Positions 53,109-64,000 of a stretch of 64,000 nt of DNA are shown piece after piece (the stretch's first letter is position 1; each line of letters opens with the position of its first letter). Under the pieces are notes generated by a model. The model did no database searches and had not been told where the DNA came from. It saw nothing but the letters and a program-made list of their open reading frames with translations. Location of the stretch: contig CACHTK010000001.1 in NCBI GenBank assembly GCA_902582765.1, positions 5,870-69,869 of the forward strand, given 5' to 3'. Both the position numbers and the translations under genes were made by a program. This DNA is from an uncultured Pelagibacteraceae bacterium. GTDB lineage: Bacteria; Pseudomonadota; Alphaproteobacteria; Pelagibacterales; Pelagibacteraceae.

Positions 53109-54400
53109 AAATATGTGTGATAGGAGCAGGCTATGTAGGATTAGTAAGTGGAACATGTTTTGCTGAACTTGGTAATAATGTTATTTGTGTTGATAATAAC
53201 TCAAATAAGATTTCTAAACTTAAAAATGGAGAAATGCCAATCTATGAACCCGGTTTAGATGAACTTATTAAACGAAATTTGAAGCAAAAAAGGTTGCAAT
53301 TTTCAACAAATATATCCACGTCAATTAGAAAATCAGATCTTATATTTATATGTGTTGGTACTCCTACCAATCCTAAAACTAATCAAGCTGATTTGAAATA
53401 TGTTTATCAAGTTATAATGGATATAAAAAAGAATTTAAATAAATATAAAATAATAGTCACTAAATCCACAGTTCCAGTAACTACAGGTGATAAAATTCAA
53501 AATTTTTTAACAAAAAAAAATAATAAAAAATTGTTTGATGTTGTTTCAAATCCAGAATTTCTGAGAGAAGGTGAAGCTATCAGAGATTTCATGTTTCCTG
53601 ACCGAGTTGTAGTTGGAACCAACAGTAAAAAGGCCAATAATGTTTTAAAAAATTTATATTCTCCAATTATTAAAAAGAAGGGAAGATATTTCAATACATC
53701 AAGACGTGCAGCAGAGGTTATAAAATATGCATCTAATGCATTTCTAGCAACAAAAATTACTTTTATAAATGAAATTTCAAATTTATGTGAAAAACTTAAT
53801 GTTGATGTTACTGATATTTCAGTTGGTATGGGATCTGATGAAAGAATTGGAGGAAGATTTTTAAGAGCTGGACCAGGTTATGGTGGTTCTTGTTTTCCAA
53901 AAGATACACGTGCATTAGTTTCTACCTCAAAAAAATTTAAAACCAATTTATCAATAGTTAAATCAACAATTTATTCTAACGATAATAGGTACAAATATTT
54001 ATTAAATAATATTAAACAAATATTAAATAATAAAATGAAAAATAAAAAAATTACATTTTTGGGTGTTACTTTTAAGGCTGGTACTGATGATATGAGAGAC
54101 TCGGCATCTCTAAAATTAATCCCATATTTGACTAAAAAAGGTGCAAAAGTTTCATACTATGAACCTACAGGAATTAAAAACAATTTTGATATGAAGAAAG
54201 TATCTTATTTTAATAATATCAAAGATGCATGCATAAAAAGTGACCTTATAATAATTCATACAGAGTGGAATGAGTTTAAACAGCTTAACTTTAATAAGTT
54301 AAATAATAAGAAAAAATTTAAGATTTACGATTTAAGAAATTTATATTCTCCTTCAAAAATGAAAAATAAAAATATCAAATATTATAGTATAGGCAGATAA
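53105..54400 (+). CDS. ugd: UDP-glucose 6-dehydrogenase
   Basis: GAGYVGLV, SNPEFLREG, GYGGSCFPKD. Confidence 0.95.
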   Translation: MKICVIGAGYVGLVSGTCFAELGNNVICVDNNSNKISKLKNGEMPIYEPGLDELIKRNLKQKRLQFSTNISTSIRKSDLIFICVGTPTNPKTNQADLKYVYQVIMDIKKNLNKYKIIVTKSTVPVTTGDKIQNFLTKKNNKKLFDVVSNPEFLREGEAIRDFMFPDRVVVGTNSKKANNVLKNLYSPIIKKKGRYFNTSRRAAEVIKYASNAFLATKITFINEISNLCEKLNVDVTDISVGMGSDERIGGRFLRAGPGYGGSCFPKDTRALVSTSKKFKTNLSIVKSTIYSNDNRYKYLLNNIKQILNNKMKNKKITFLGVTFKAGTDDMRDSASLKLIPYLTKKGAKVSYYEPTGIKNNFDMKKVSYFNNIKDACIKSDLIIIHTEWNEFKQLNFNKLNNKKKFKIYDLRNLYSPSKMKNKNIKYYSIGR

Positions 54401-54862
54401 CTATTTAATCTCGAATATTGCATCAACTTCAACTGCAACACCTAAAGGCAAACTATTAGTACTCACAGCAGCACGTGTATGTGCGCCATTATCTCCAAAG
54501 ATATCTTTGATTAAATCTGATGCTCCATTAACTACTTTAGGTTGTTCTATAAAGTCATCAGTAGAATTCACAAAACCTGTTAATTTAACACATGATTTAA
54601 TTCTTGATAAATCATCTGAGCATGCCTTTTTAGCTTGAGCAATTATATTTAATGCACATCTTTGTGCTGCTTTGTAAGCTTGTTCCGTATTAAAATCTTT
54701 TCCAACTTTACCTTTAATTAATTGTCCATCAGCATCAATTGATATTTGTCCAGAAATATAAAGTAAATTGCTAAAAATTTTTGTGGCAACATATGAACCA
54801 ACAGGATCAGTAGCTTTTGGTAGAACTAGACCCATTTCTTTTATTTTTGCTTCAATAGACAT
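54401..54862 (-). CDS. RidA/YjgF-family protein
   Basis: LYISGQ, NGASDL, GAHTRAAV. Confidence 0.9.
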   Translation of the reverse strand: MSIEAKIKEMGLVLPKATDPVGSYVATKIFSNLLYISGQISIDADGQLIKGKVGKDFNTEQAYKAAQRCALNIIAQAKKACSDDLSRIKSCVKLTGFVNSTDDFIEQPKVVNGASDLIKDIFGDNGAHTRAAVSTNSLPLGVAVEVDAIFEIK

Positions 54863-57423
54863 TATTTACCTTTCTTTTTATTTTTATTCTTATCGTACTC
54901 TTTTCTTTTCTCAATTAAAATAAGAGCTTCCTCCATTGTTAATTCAATTGGGTCTTTTTCTTCAGGTATAGTAGCGTTTAGTGATTTGTATTTTATATAA
55001 GGCCCATATTGGCCTTTCATAATTCTTACAGGTTTTTTATCTTCGGGGTGTTCACCAAGATCTTTAATCAAAGATGATGATATTCTTCCAGGCTTTGCCT
55101 CAGCTATTAGTGTCACAGCTCTATTAAGACCAATGCTAAATATTTCTTCAACATTTTCTAAACGTGCAGATTTATTTTCACACTTTAAATAAGGCCCAAA
55201 ACGACCAACATTTACTGTAATATCCTTATCATTTTCAGGATTTTTACCTAGACTAATTGGAAGTGAGCATAAATATTTTGCTCTATCTAAATCTATACTT
55301 TTAATATCAATTCCCTTGGGGATAGATACATTCTTAAAATTATTTTCTTCTTTTTTTAATTTTTTCTTTTTCTTTTTTTTTTCTTCAATATCATCAATTT
55401 CTTTTTCATATTGAAGGTAGGGACCAAATCTTCCGTTTTTTAAATATATGTCTTTACCTATATCATTTTGACCAATTAATTTTGGCTCTGCTAAGGTCAA
55501 TTGTTGGGCTGCTTTTGACTTTGAAAGAGGTCGTGTAAATTTACAATCTGGATAATTTGAACATCCAATAAAAGCACCACCACGAAAACTATTTTTTAAA
55601 CTTAATTGACCACTATCACATAATTTACATTTTCTATTAATTTTTCCATCTTTATCGACTTCAAATATTAATGAGCCTAAACTCTCGTTGAGCATGTCTA
55701 AAACTTCTCTAGTTCGTTTTTCTTTAACATCTGTTACATTTAAATTAAAATCTCTCCAAAATTCTTCTAAGACCTTAATCCAATTTTCTTTGCCAGCTGT
55801 AATATCGTCTAATTGATCTTCTAACTTAGCAGTAAAATCATAATCAACATATTTAGAAAATAATTTTTCAAGAAAAGCAGAAAGCAATTTACCCCTGTCT
55901 GTTGGAAAAAATCTTTTGTTTTCTATATCAGCATAACCTCTATTTGAAATTACTGATATAATACTTGCATATGTTGAAGGTCTTCCAATTCCTAATTCTT
56001 CTAATTTTTTAACAAGACTTGCTTCGGAATATCTTGGTGGTGGTTGAGTGAAATGTTGTTCATCTGTAAAATCTTTAAACTCTACTTCACTTTTAACAAC
56101 CTCTGGTAATATGTTTTCATCATCTTTATTTTCTTCTAATCTTGAAACCTTTAAAAAGCCATCAAATTTTAATGTTGAACCACTGGCTTTACATATATTT
56201 TTATTATCTTCAGACATAATTGTTATAGTTTTCCTATCAAATTTTGCTGACTCCATTTGTGAGGATAATGATCTTGACCATATTAAGTTGTAAAGTTTGT
56301 ATTGATCTGTGCTTAAATATTTTTTCATATCTTCAGGGACTCTACCAATGTCTGTTGGTCTGATAGCTTCATGAGCTTCTTGAGCATTTTTGGCCTTTTT
56401 GCCTGAATAATTCAAAGGGCTAGGTGGCAAATATTTTTCACCATAATTTTGTGTAATGAAATTTCTAAAAGTAGCTACAGCATCTTTTGATATATTAGTT
56501 CCATCTGTCCGCATATACGTAATTAATCCAACAGTTTCTCCATCAATATCAATACCTTGATATAGTCTTTGGGCGATTTGCATTGTTCTAGAGGCACCAA
56601 AACCAAGTTTGCTTGATGATGTTTGCTGTAAAGTAGAAGTCGTAAAAGGACCAGAGGGGTTTCGTGTATAAATTTTAGATATTATATCTGTGATATTATA
56701 TTTTTTATTTTTAATTAAATCTAAAGCATTATTAATATCTTCTTTATTTTTAAAAGAAAATTTATCAATTTTTTTACCATCTAACTGAGTGATATATGTA
56801 CTTATATTTAGATTTTCCTTTGTTATGAAATTTAGGCTTAGTGACCAAAATTCCTCTGGTTTAAAAATTTCTATTTCATGCTCTCTTTCAGTTAACAATC
56901 TAAGAGCAACTGATTGAACTCTTCCTGCTGATTTCGATCCTGGTAATTTTGTCCAAAGAATTGGCGATATATTAAAACCTACTAAATAATCAAGCGCTCT
57001 TCTTGCCATATAAGCGTCAACAAGTTCATTTTCTATATTTCTTGGATTGTCTATACCGTTAGTTACAGCTTTTTTAGTTATTTCATTAAAAACCACACGT
57101 TCAACCTTTTTATCTTTAAGAAGTTTTTTTTCATTTAAAAACTCTTTGACATGCCAAGCAATTGCTTCACCTTCTCTATCTGGGTCAGTAGCTAAAATAA
57201 TTTTTTCAGAATTTTTAGCTGTATCGGTAATTTCTTTTAAATATTTTTTTGAGAAACTATCTACTTCCCAAATCATTTTAAAAGAATTTTCCGGATCGAC
57301 AGAACCATTTTTTGAAGGAAGGTCTCTAATATGACCATAACTTGCCAACACTGTATAATCTGAACCTAGATATTTATTTATAGTTTTAGCTTTTGCAGGA
57401 CTTTCAACAATTACAAGATTCAT
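54862..57423 (-). CDS. topA: DNA topoisomerase I
   Basis: VIVESPAKAKTI, ATDPDREGEAI, LITYMRTD, zinc finger and C-terminal repeats. Confidence 0.99.
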   Translation of the reverse strand: MNLVIVESPAKAKTINKYLGSDYTVLASYGHIRDLPSKNGSVDPENSFKMIWEVDSFSKKYLKEITDTAKNSEKIILATDPDREGEAIAWHVKEFLNEKKLLKDKKVERVVFNEITKKAVTNGIDNPRNIENELVDAYMARRALDYLVGFNISPILWTKLPGSKSAGRVQSVALRLLTEREHEIEIFKPEEFWSLSLNFITKENLNISTYITQLDGKKIDKFSFKNKEDINNALDLIKNKKYNITDIISKIYTRNPSGPFTTSTLQQTSSSKLGFGASRTMQIAQRLYQGIDIDGETVGLITYMRTDGTNISKDAVATFRNFITQNYGEKYLPPSPLNYSGKKAKNAQEAHEAIRPTDIGRVPEDMKKYLSTDQYKLYNLIWSRSLSSQMESAKFDRKTITIMSEDNKNICKASGSTLKFDGFLKVSRLEENKDDENILPEVVKSEVEFKDFTDEQHFTQPPPRYSEASLVKKLEELGIGRPSTYASIISVISNRGYADIENKRFFPTDRGKLLSAFLEKLFSKYVDYDFTAKLEDQLDDITAGKENWIKVLEEFWRDFNLNVTDVKEKRTREVLDMLNESLGSLIFEVDKDGKINRKCKLCDSGQLSLKNSFRGGAFIGCSNYPDCKFTRPLSKSKAAQQLTLAEPKLIGQNDIGKDIYLKNGRFGPYLQYEKEIDDIEEKKKKKKKLKKEENNFKNVSIPKGIDIKSIDLDRAKYLCSLPISLGKNPENDKDITVNVGRFGPYLKCENKSARLENVEEIFSIGLNRAVTLIAEAKPGRISSSLIKDLGEHPEDKKPVRIMKGQYGPYIKYKSLNATIPEEKDPIELTMEEALILIEKRKEYDKNKNKKKGK

Positions 57424-57460
57424 AATTAGTCAAACTACTTATAACTATTAATCTGTCAAA

Positions 57461-58036
57461 TTAATAAATTTTACTCTTGGTTTCTTCTTTGTTTATTAAT
57501 CTTTTTATATTTTCTCTATGTGTATAAAAAATTAAAACAAACATAATAATGAAAAAAATTATGTTACCCTTATTAATTATTAATAAGTATAAAGGTATCG
57601 AAATAGAAGCAAACAATGAGGATAGAGACGAATATTTTGATATTAAAAAAGTTAAAATCCAAATAGTTCCGAAAACTAATGCATAATAAATATTTATTGA
57701 AATCAAAATTCCAACAAAAGTTGCAACACCTTTCCCACCTTTAAATTTTAACCAAACAGGGAATAAATGTCCTAAAAATGCACAAAGTGCAGATATATAC
57801 ACTAAATCAGGATAATTGAACTTTATATAGATAACAGGCACAACAGCTTTTGTTATATCCAAAACAAGTGTTAAATAACCCAATGACTTATTACCAGTTC
57901 TTAAAACATTTGTGGCACCAATATTTCCTGATCCTACATTTCTAATATCCTTTTTAAGTAAAATTTTTGTAAATAGATATCCAAAAGGTATAGAGCCAAA
58001 TAGATAAGATACTAAAGCTATTATAATATAATCCAT
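57461..58036 (-). CDS. plsY: Glycerol-3-phosphate acyltransferase PlsY
   Basis: GSGNIGATNVLR, FKGGKGVAT, HRENIKRL. Confidence 0.97.
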   Translation of the reverse strand: MDYIIIALVSYLFGSIPFGYLFTKILLKKDIRNVGSGNIGATNVLRTGNKSLGYLTLVLDITKAVVPVIYIKFNYPDLVYISALCAFLGHLFPVWLKFKGGKGVATFVGILISINIYYALVFGTIWILTFLISKYSSLSSLFASISIPLYLLIINKGNIIFFIIMFVLIFYTHRENIKRLINKEETKSKIY

Positions 58037-59325
58037 TATTCAGATTTAAATAATTCTTCGCCATTAACAAATGTACTTATTACTTTACCTTGAAGTTTTT
58101 TGTCTTCAATAGGGGTATTCTTTGATTTTGATATTAATTTCTCTTTTCTAACAACCCAAGGTTTATTTATATCTACAATACAAAAATCAGCATCATTTCC
58201 TGTCGATAAATTACCTTTATTTATTTTAAGTATTTCTGCAGGTTTTGATGTTAAAGCTTTTATTATTTTTTCCAAATCAACTGATCCATTATGATATAAT
58301 TCTAAGCTTAGAGGCAATAAAGTTTCAATTCCAGATGCGCCAGTTTCTGCTTGAGCAAAAGTTAATCTTTTATTTTCTTCATCTTCTGGTTTATGATCAG
58401 AAACAATAACATCAATTGTTTCATCATTTAATCCCTGAACTAAAGTGTTTCTATCAGTTTCTGTTCTCAAAGGAGGTGATAATTTTAAAAAAGTTTTGAA
58501 ATCACCGATGTCATTTTCATTTAATGATAAATTGTTTATTGAAACACCACAGCTGAATTTTACTTTATTTTTTCTTTCTCTGATTATATCTACAGAGTTA
58601 GCAGATGAAATCTGAGAAATATGATACCTACAACTATTATATTCTAACAATGTTAAGTCTCTTTCTATAATTAACAATTCAGCACTTATTGGAATTCCTT
58701 GGAGACCAAGTTTTGTTGCTATGATGCCATCATTAATCATTCCATCTTTTGATAATTCTGCATCTTCTGCATGTTGTATTATTAAGGATTTTAAATCTGA
58801 TGCTGAATTCATAATCCTATTCATAATTCTAGGATTTTGAATTGTTTTTACTCCATCCGTGAAACCAATTATTCCTTTACTCTGTAATAAGCCGAATTCA
58901 GTCATATTTTCTCCTTCTGCTTTTACTGTTAATGCAGCCGTTGGATAAATATTAATTTTTGATTTATCTCTTCCTCTTCTTTTAAGAAAATCAACTATTG
59001 AGACATTATCAATTACTGGGTTTGTATTAGGCATTGTAACAACTGATGTTACACCACCTGATAAAGCAGCTTCACTAAGGGTTCTAAAATTCTCCTTATA
59101 TTCATATCCTGGTTCGCCAACAAAAACTCTCATATCTACAATGCCTGGAAATATGTATTTTCCATTTAAATCTATTACTTTTTCTCTAGATGGAATGTTA
59201 TTTGTATTTACTTTTTTTCCGATAGCTTCAATTTTTCCATTTTCTCCAATTATTATTCCTCCAACTTCATTCAAAGAGTTATGAGGATCTATTATATTTG
59301 CATTTATAAAGTATTTTTTTTTCAT
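58036..59325 (-). CDS. pyrC: Dihydroorotase (PyrC'-like; metal-ligand His motif altered)
   Basis: PGIVDMRVFVGEPG, GGVTSVVTMPNT, PPLR, SDHKP; follows pyrB. Confidence 0.88.
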   Translation of the reverse strand: MKKKYFINANIIDPHNSLNEVGGIIIGENGKIEAIGKKVNTNNIPSREKVIDLNGKYIFPGIVDMRVFVGEPGYEYKENFRTLSEAALSGGVTSVVTMPNTNPVIDNVSIVDFLKRRGRDKSKINIYPTAALTVKAEGENMTEFGLLQSKGIIGFTDGVKTIQNPRIMNRIMNSASDLKSLIIQHAEDAELSKDGMINDGIIATKLGLQGIPISAELLIIERDLTLLEYNSCRYHISQISSANSVDIIRERKNKVKFSCGVSINNLSLNENDIGDFKTFLKLSPPLRTETDRNTLVQGLNDETIDVIVSDHKPEDEENKRLTFAQAETGASGIETLLPLSLELYHNGSVDLEKIIKALTSKPAEILKINKGNLSTGNDADFCIVDINKPWVVRKEKLISKSKNTPIEDKKLQGKVISTFVNGEELFKSE

Positions 59326-60267
59326 TTATTCACAAAAAATTTTTAAGCAGGCCATCCTTACTGCTACACCTAATTCAACTTGTTCTTTTATTACACTTTT
59401 ATTTATATCGTCTGCTAGGTTAGTATCAATTTCAATTCCTCTATTCATTGGTCCTGGGTGCATTATTAAAGCATCTTCTTTAGCATATTGAATTTTATCA
59501 GGTGTTAAGCCATAATACTCATAGTATTCTCTGTTTGATGATAGAAATGAGCTGGTCATTCTTTCATTTTGTAATCTTAACATCATTACTATGTCGCAAT
59601 TTTTAACGCCTTTTTTCATATCAGAAAAAATATTTACACCAAATTTTTCAATTTCATTTGGCATCAAATTGCTAGGGGCTACGATATTTACTTCTGCACC
59701 CAACATGTTTAGAAGATAAATATTTGATCTTGCAACCCTTGAATGTAGTATATCTCCACATATTGCAATTTTTAGACCTTCTATTTTTTTTCTTCTATTT
59801 ATAATTGTTAAAGCATCCAATAATGCCTGCGTTGGATGTTCTCTTCTACCATCACCTGCGTTAAGTACTGCACAATTAACTTTTTGAGATAGAAGGTTAC
59901 AAGCACCTGAGTCTTGGTGTCTAATAACAATAATGTCTGGGTGCATTGCATTTAACGTCATAGCAGTATCTATTAACGTTTCACCTTTTTTGATAGCAGA
60001 ATTTGTAATATTCATTGACATTACATCTGCACCCAATCTTTTTCCTGCTAATTCGAACGAGCTCTGTGTTCTCGTTGATGGCTCAAAAAATAAGTTTATT
60101 TGAGTTTTTCCTTTTAAAATATCAATTTTTTTATTTTTACTTTTATTTAATTCTATGAATTTAGAAGCTTCATTAAGGATAGTGGTAACATCGCTAACAG
60201 ATAAATCCTGGATACCTAACAAATGTTTTTGAGATATTTTAATAGCTTTTTTTGATATAGCTGCCAT
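59326..60267 (-). CDS. pyrB: Aspartate carbamoyltransferase catalytic subunit
   Basis: [21 protein letters not shown]; ATG at 60267 preferred. Confidence 0.97.
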   Translation of the reverse strand: MAAISKKAIKISQKHLLGIQDLSVSDVTTILNEASKFIELNKSKNKKIDILKGKTQINLFFEPSTRTQSSFELAGKRLGADVMSMNITNSAIKKGETLIDTAMTLNAMHPDIIVIRHQDSGACNLLSQKVNCAVLNAGDGRREHPTQALLDALTIINRRKKIEGLKIAICGDILHSRVARSNIYLLNMLGAEVNIVAPSNLMPNEIEKFGVNIFSDMKKGVKNCDIVMMLRLQNERMTSSFLSSNREYYEYYGLTPDKIQYAKEDALIMHPGPMNRGIEIDTNLADDINKSVIKEQVELGVAVRMACLKIFCE

Positions 60268-60309
60268 TAAAATTAACTCTATAACTATATAGTGTAAACT
60301 ATGCAACCA

Positions 60310-60765
60310 TTAATTTTGAATATAATCTAAAGCGCCTTGTAAAATAAAAGCTGCTGCAAACTTATCAATATCTTTCTCTCTTTTACTGACATTTATATCT
60401 AATTCACTTGATAAATTGAAAGCACCAACAGTAGATAATCTTTCATCCCACAAAGACACAGGAATATCAATTTTATTTGAAATATTGACTGCTATATCTT
60501 TTGCTGATTGTGAAGATTTTCCGTAAGTGCCATCCATATTTATTGGATTACCTATAATAATTCCTTTGATGTTATATTCTGTAATGATACTTTCAAGCTC
60601 ATCAATTAATTTATCTTTTTTAGATTTATTTAAGGTTTGAAGGGGGGTGGCAATTTTTTGATTATAATCACTTATTGCAATCCCAATCCTTTTTGTGCCT
60701 AAATCTATACCCAATAATCTTGAACCACTTGATAATTTGTTTTTGAATTCATTAATTGTGATCAT
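60310..60765 (-). CDS. yqgF: YqgF/RuvX pre-16S rRNA nuclease
   Basis: LLGIDLGTKRIGIAISD, WDERLST, AAAFILQ. Confidence 0.95.
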   Translation of the reverse strand: MITINEFKNKLSSGSRLLGIDLGTKRIGIAISDYNQKIATPLQTLNKSKKDKLIDELESIITEYNIKGIIIGNPINMDGTYGKSSQSAKDIAVNISNKIDIPVSLWDERLSTVGAFNLSSELDINVSKREKDIDKFAAAFILQGALDYIQN

Positions 60766-60815
60766 ATTGTATATTTTTAACTTAAGTGGTACTTTGCGAC
60801 ATTATTTTTTACCAT

Positions 60816-61103
60816 ATGACGATAGATCTTAAAACTGTAAAACACATATCAAAATTAGCAAGGATCTCACTTGAAGAGAAAAAAGCTGAAAAATTGGCAA
60901 ATGATATGAATTCTATATTTGAATTTATTGAAAAATTAAATGAGCTAAAAACTGAGAATGTTGAACCATTAACCTCTATAGCTGAAACAACGTTAAGATT
61001 CAGAGAAGATAAAATAACTAGCGATAATATAAGAGAAAAAATTCTTAAAAATTCTCCTGAAAAAAATGAAGATTTTTTTGTTGTTCCGAAAGTAGTTGAG
61101 TAA
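60816..61103 (+). CDS. gatC: Asp/Glu-tRNA amidotransferase subunit C
   Basis: VKHISKLARI, FVVPKVVE; ATG at 60816. Confidence 0.95.
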   Translation: MTIDLKTVKHISKLARISLEEKKAEKLANDMNSIFEFIEKLNELKTENVEPLTSIAETTLRFREDKITSDNIREKILKNSPEKNEDFFVVPKVVE

Positions 61104-62560
61104 TGACAGATATAACATCCTTAAGCCTTTTTGAATTAATTAAAAATATTAAAGAAAAGAAAATATCATCAAATGAAGTTGCAAAATCTTTTATTGATAG
61201 ATCTGAAAAGTCAAAAAAACTTAATGCATATGTAACTGAAAATTTTGAAAATTGTCTTAAACTTTCAAAAGATTTTGATAACAAACCAAATTTTGATTTA
61301 AAACTTCCAGGCATTCCAATTGCTGTAAAAGATCTATTTTGTACAAATGAAGTAAGAACAACAGCTGGGAGCAATATCTTAAACAATTTTGTACCCAGCT
61401 ATGAGTCTACCGTAACACAAAATATATGGAATGAAGGTGGTATTTTGCTTGGTAAACTTAATTGTGATGAATTTGCAATGGGCTCATCAAATGAAACAAG
61501 TTTTTTTGGTAATGTTCAAAACCCAATTGCAAAGGATTTAGTTCCAGGTGGATCATCTGGTGGTTCTTCATCCGCTTTAGCAGCAAATTTAACACCTGTA
61601 ACAATAGGTACTGATACTGGAGGATCTATTAGGCAGCCAGCCTCATTTACTGGAACCGTGGGTCTAAAACCTACCTATGGAAGTTGTTCAAGATATGGAA
61701 TTGTTGCTTTCGCATCATCTCTAGACCAAGCAGGTCCTATGAGTAAAGATGTCAAAGATAGCTCCATTCTTTTAGAAGTGATCTCATCATTTGATGAAAA
61801 AGATTCAACGTCAATTGATTTTAAAAGAAATAATTATTCATCTGATTTAACTAAAAATATCAAAGGTATAAAAATTGGAATCCCAAAAGAATACAGAGTT
61901 GATGGGATGCCAGGTGAAATTGAGAGTCTTTGGAAAAAAGGTATTGAATATGCAAAAGATTGTGGAGCTGAAATAATTGACATTTCATTACCTCACACAA
62001 GTTATGCATTACCAACTTATTATATTGTAGCACCGGCAGAAGCTTCATCTAATTTAGCAAGATATGATGGTGTTAAATATGGTTTAAGATCTTCCGGAGA
62101 AAGTTTGATTGATATGTATGAAAAAACTAGATCAGAAGGTTTTGGCGAAGAAGTAAAGAGAAGGATAATGATAGGCACCTATGTTTTATCTTCTGGATAT
62201 TATGATGCTTACTATCTTAAAGCTCAAAAGGTTAGACAATTAATTAAACAAGATTTTGATCAAGCTTATAATAAAGTTGATGCAATTTTGACACCTTCAA
62301 CACCTAGTTCTGCATTTAAAATTGGAGAAAAATCTAATGATCCAGTTTCAATGTATTTAAATGATATATTTACTGTCCCAGTAAATCTTGCAGGTTTACC
62401 TGGAATTTCAATACCAGCAGGTACAGATAAAAATAATTATCCATTAGGTTTACAAATAATAGGTAAACCGTTTGATGAACAAACAGTTTTAAATATTGCT
62501 TATTCAATGGAGGAAAAAATCAATTATAAAAATAATATAACTGATTGGTGGATGGAATAA
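61103..62560 (+). CDS. gatA: Asp/Glu-tRNA amidotransferase subunit A
   Basis: Amidase signature [20 protein letters not shown]. Confidence 0.98.
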   Translation: MTDITSLSLFELIKNIKEKKISSNEVAKSFIDRSEKSKKLNAYVTENFENCLKLSKDFDNKPNFDLKLPGIPIAVKDLFCTNEVRTTAGSNILNNFVPSYESTVTQNIWNEGGILLGKLNCDEFAMGSSNETSFFGNVQNPIAKDLVPGGSSGGSSSALAANLTPVTIGTDTGGSIRQPASFTGTVGLKPTYGSCSRYGIVAFASSLDQAGPMSKDVKDSSILLEVISSFDEKDSTSIDFKRNNYSSDLTKNIKGIKIGIPKEYRVDGMPGEIESLWKKGIEYAKDCGAEIIDISLPHTSYALPTYYIVAPAEASSNLARYDGVKYGLRSSGESLIDMYEKTRSEGFGEEVKRRIMIGTYVLSSGYYDAYYLKAQKVRQLIKQDFDQAYNKVDAILTPSTPSSAFKIGEKSNDPVSMYLNDIFTVPVNLAGLPGISIPAGTDKNNYPLGLQIIGKPFDEQTVLNIAYSMEEKINYKNNITDWWME

Positions 62561-64000
62561 TGTCTAAAAATAATTCAGAATATTTAATTGAGCGAAATGA
62601 TAATGTTTATGAAGTTGTTATAGGACTTGAAGTTCATGCTCAAGTAACATCAAATTCAAAACTTTTTTCGTCTTCTTCTACAAAATTTGGTGCCGAACCT
62701 AACACTCAAGTAAGTTTAGTTGATGCAGCATTTCCAGGAATGCTTCCAGTAATTAATGAATATTGTGTTAAACAAGCTATAAAAACTGGTATTGGTTTAA
62801 AAGCTAAGATCAATAATAAGTCTGTTTTTGATAGGAAGAATTATTTTTATGCTGATTTACCTCAGGGGTATCAAATTTCACAATATAAATACCCAATTGT
62901 GGGTGAGGGCAATGTTATTTTGGATATGCCCGAAGGTCAAAAACAAGTTGGAATAGAAAGATTACATTTAGAGCAAGATGCAGGAAAAAGTATTCATGAT
63001 GTTGATCCAAGTAACACGCTAGTTGATCTAAATAGATCAGGTGTAGCTTTAATGGAGATTGTTAGTAAGCCTGATTTAAGATCACCAGATGAAGTGAATG
63101 CTTATATAAAAAAACTTAGATCTATTATGAGATATTTAGGAACTTGCGATGGGAACATGCAAGAAGGATCATTGAGAGCTGATGTTAATGTGTCTGTAAG
63201 AATAAAAGGCTCAACAGATTTAGGAACAAGATGTGAAATAAAAAATGTTAATTCTATAAAGTTTATGCAAATGGCAATTATTTATGAAGCAAATAGACAG
63301 GTTGATTTATTAGAAGAAGGTGAGGAAATAGATCAAGAAACAAGACTTTTTGATACAAAAAAAAATGAAACAAGATCAATGAGGTCAAAAGAAGATGCTC
63401 ATGATTATAGATACTTTCCAGATCCAGATTTACTTCCACTAGAAATTACGGATAAATTTATTGATCAACTGAAATCTGAAATCCCTGAATTACCAGATGA
63501 AAAAAAGAAAAGGTTTATTGATGAGTTTAAAATCTCTCCTTATGAAGCAACTATACTAGTCTCTGATATTGAAACAGCTAAATATTTTGAAGAAGTTGTT
63601 GCTAAAATGGGTAAAAACCGTGATATGAAACTAGCTGTAAATTGGATAACAGGGGAATTATTTGCTGTTTTAAATAATAAAAATATTGAAATTGCTCAAA
63701 GTCCAATAAGTGCAAAAAATTTAGCAAAATTGATTAATTTAATTAAAAACGGAACTATTTCTGGTAAAATTGCTAAGACAATATTTGAATTAATGCTGGA
63801 TGGTGACATAGATCCTCAAATAATTGTTGAGGAAAAAGGGTTGAAGCAACAAAGTGATCCAAAAGCTCTAGAGGCATTAATTGATAAAATAATCAACGAT
63901 AACAGAGAAAAAGCCATTGAATATAAACAAGGAAAAGAAAAACTATTTGGTTTTTTTGTGGGGCAAGCAATGAAAGCTTCTGGTGGAAAAGCCAACCCTA
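62560..64000 (+). CDS. gatB: Asp/Glu-tRNA amidotransferase subunit B (runs off window end)
   Basis: ATG at 62560; [37 protein letters not shown]; absent from the ORF track because there is no stop codon in the window. Confidence 0.97.
   Translation, partial: MSKNNSEYLIERNDNVYEVVIGLEVHAQVTSNSKLFSSSSTKFGAEPNTQVSLVDAAFPGMLPVINEYCVKQAIKTGIGLKAKINNKSVFDRKNYFYADLPQGYQISQYKYPIVGEGNVILDMPEGQKQVGIERLHLEQDAGKSIHDVDPSNTLVDLNRSGVALMEIVSKPDLRSPDEVNAYIKKLRSIMRYLGTCDGNMQEGSLRADVNVSVRIKGSTDLGTRCEIKNVNSIKFMQMAIIYEANRQVDLLEEGEEIDQETRLFDTKKNETRSMRSKEDAHDYRYFPDPDLLPLEITDKFIDQLKSEIPELPDEKKKRFIDEFKISPYEATILVSDIETAKYFEEVVAKMGKNRDMKLAVNWITGELFAVLNNKNIEIAQSPISAKNLAKLINLIKNGTISGKIAKTIFELMLDGDIDPQIIVEEKGLKQQSDPKALEALIDKIINDNREKAIEYKQGKEKLFGFFVGQAMKASGGKANP

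Noticed and set aside
20645-62048. Many short antisense ORFs within core genes
   Set aside because: Shadow ORFs opposite highly conserved genes

Overview
AT-rich, gene-dense window that looks like a Pelagibacterales (SAR11-like) alphaproteobacterial chromosome. This assignment is inferred from composition, gene order and stop/start overlaps, not from a search. Positions 19-64 kb are ordinary core genome: rlmB, tRNA-Thr/Tyr/Gly/Trp, tuf-secE-nusG-rplKAJL-rpoBC, str/S10/spc/alpha ribosomal operons, lipB, mgtE, panC, galU-ugd, topA, plsY, pyrCB, yqgF and gatCAB. Positions 0-9 kb hold a tripartite tricarboxylate transporter (TctC plus a TctA-TctB fusion) flanked by two divergent ComA-like TIM barrels, followed by surface glycosylation genes. 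The most unusual part is 8.9-15.9 kb, where two integrase-free cassettes are stacked in tandem at tRNA-Leu(TAA). Each is bounded by a 39-nt copy of the tRNA 5' half. Each also carries positionally conserved non-coding ends with its own 11-bp-period repeat pair at both termini: ACTAGAAG in cassette 1 and ACCAGTACC in cassette 2. These look like element-specific integrase arm-type sites. Cassette 1 carries a type II Zorya anti-phage system (zorA-zorB-zorE) plus exported proteins. Cassette 2 carries a single secreted protein.
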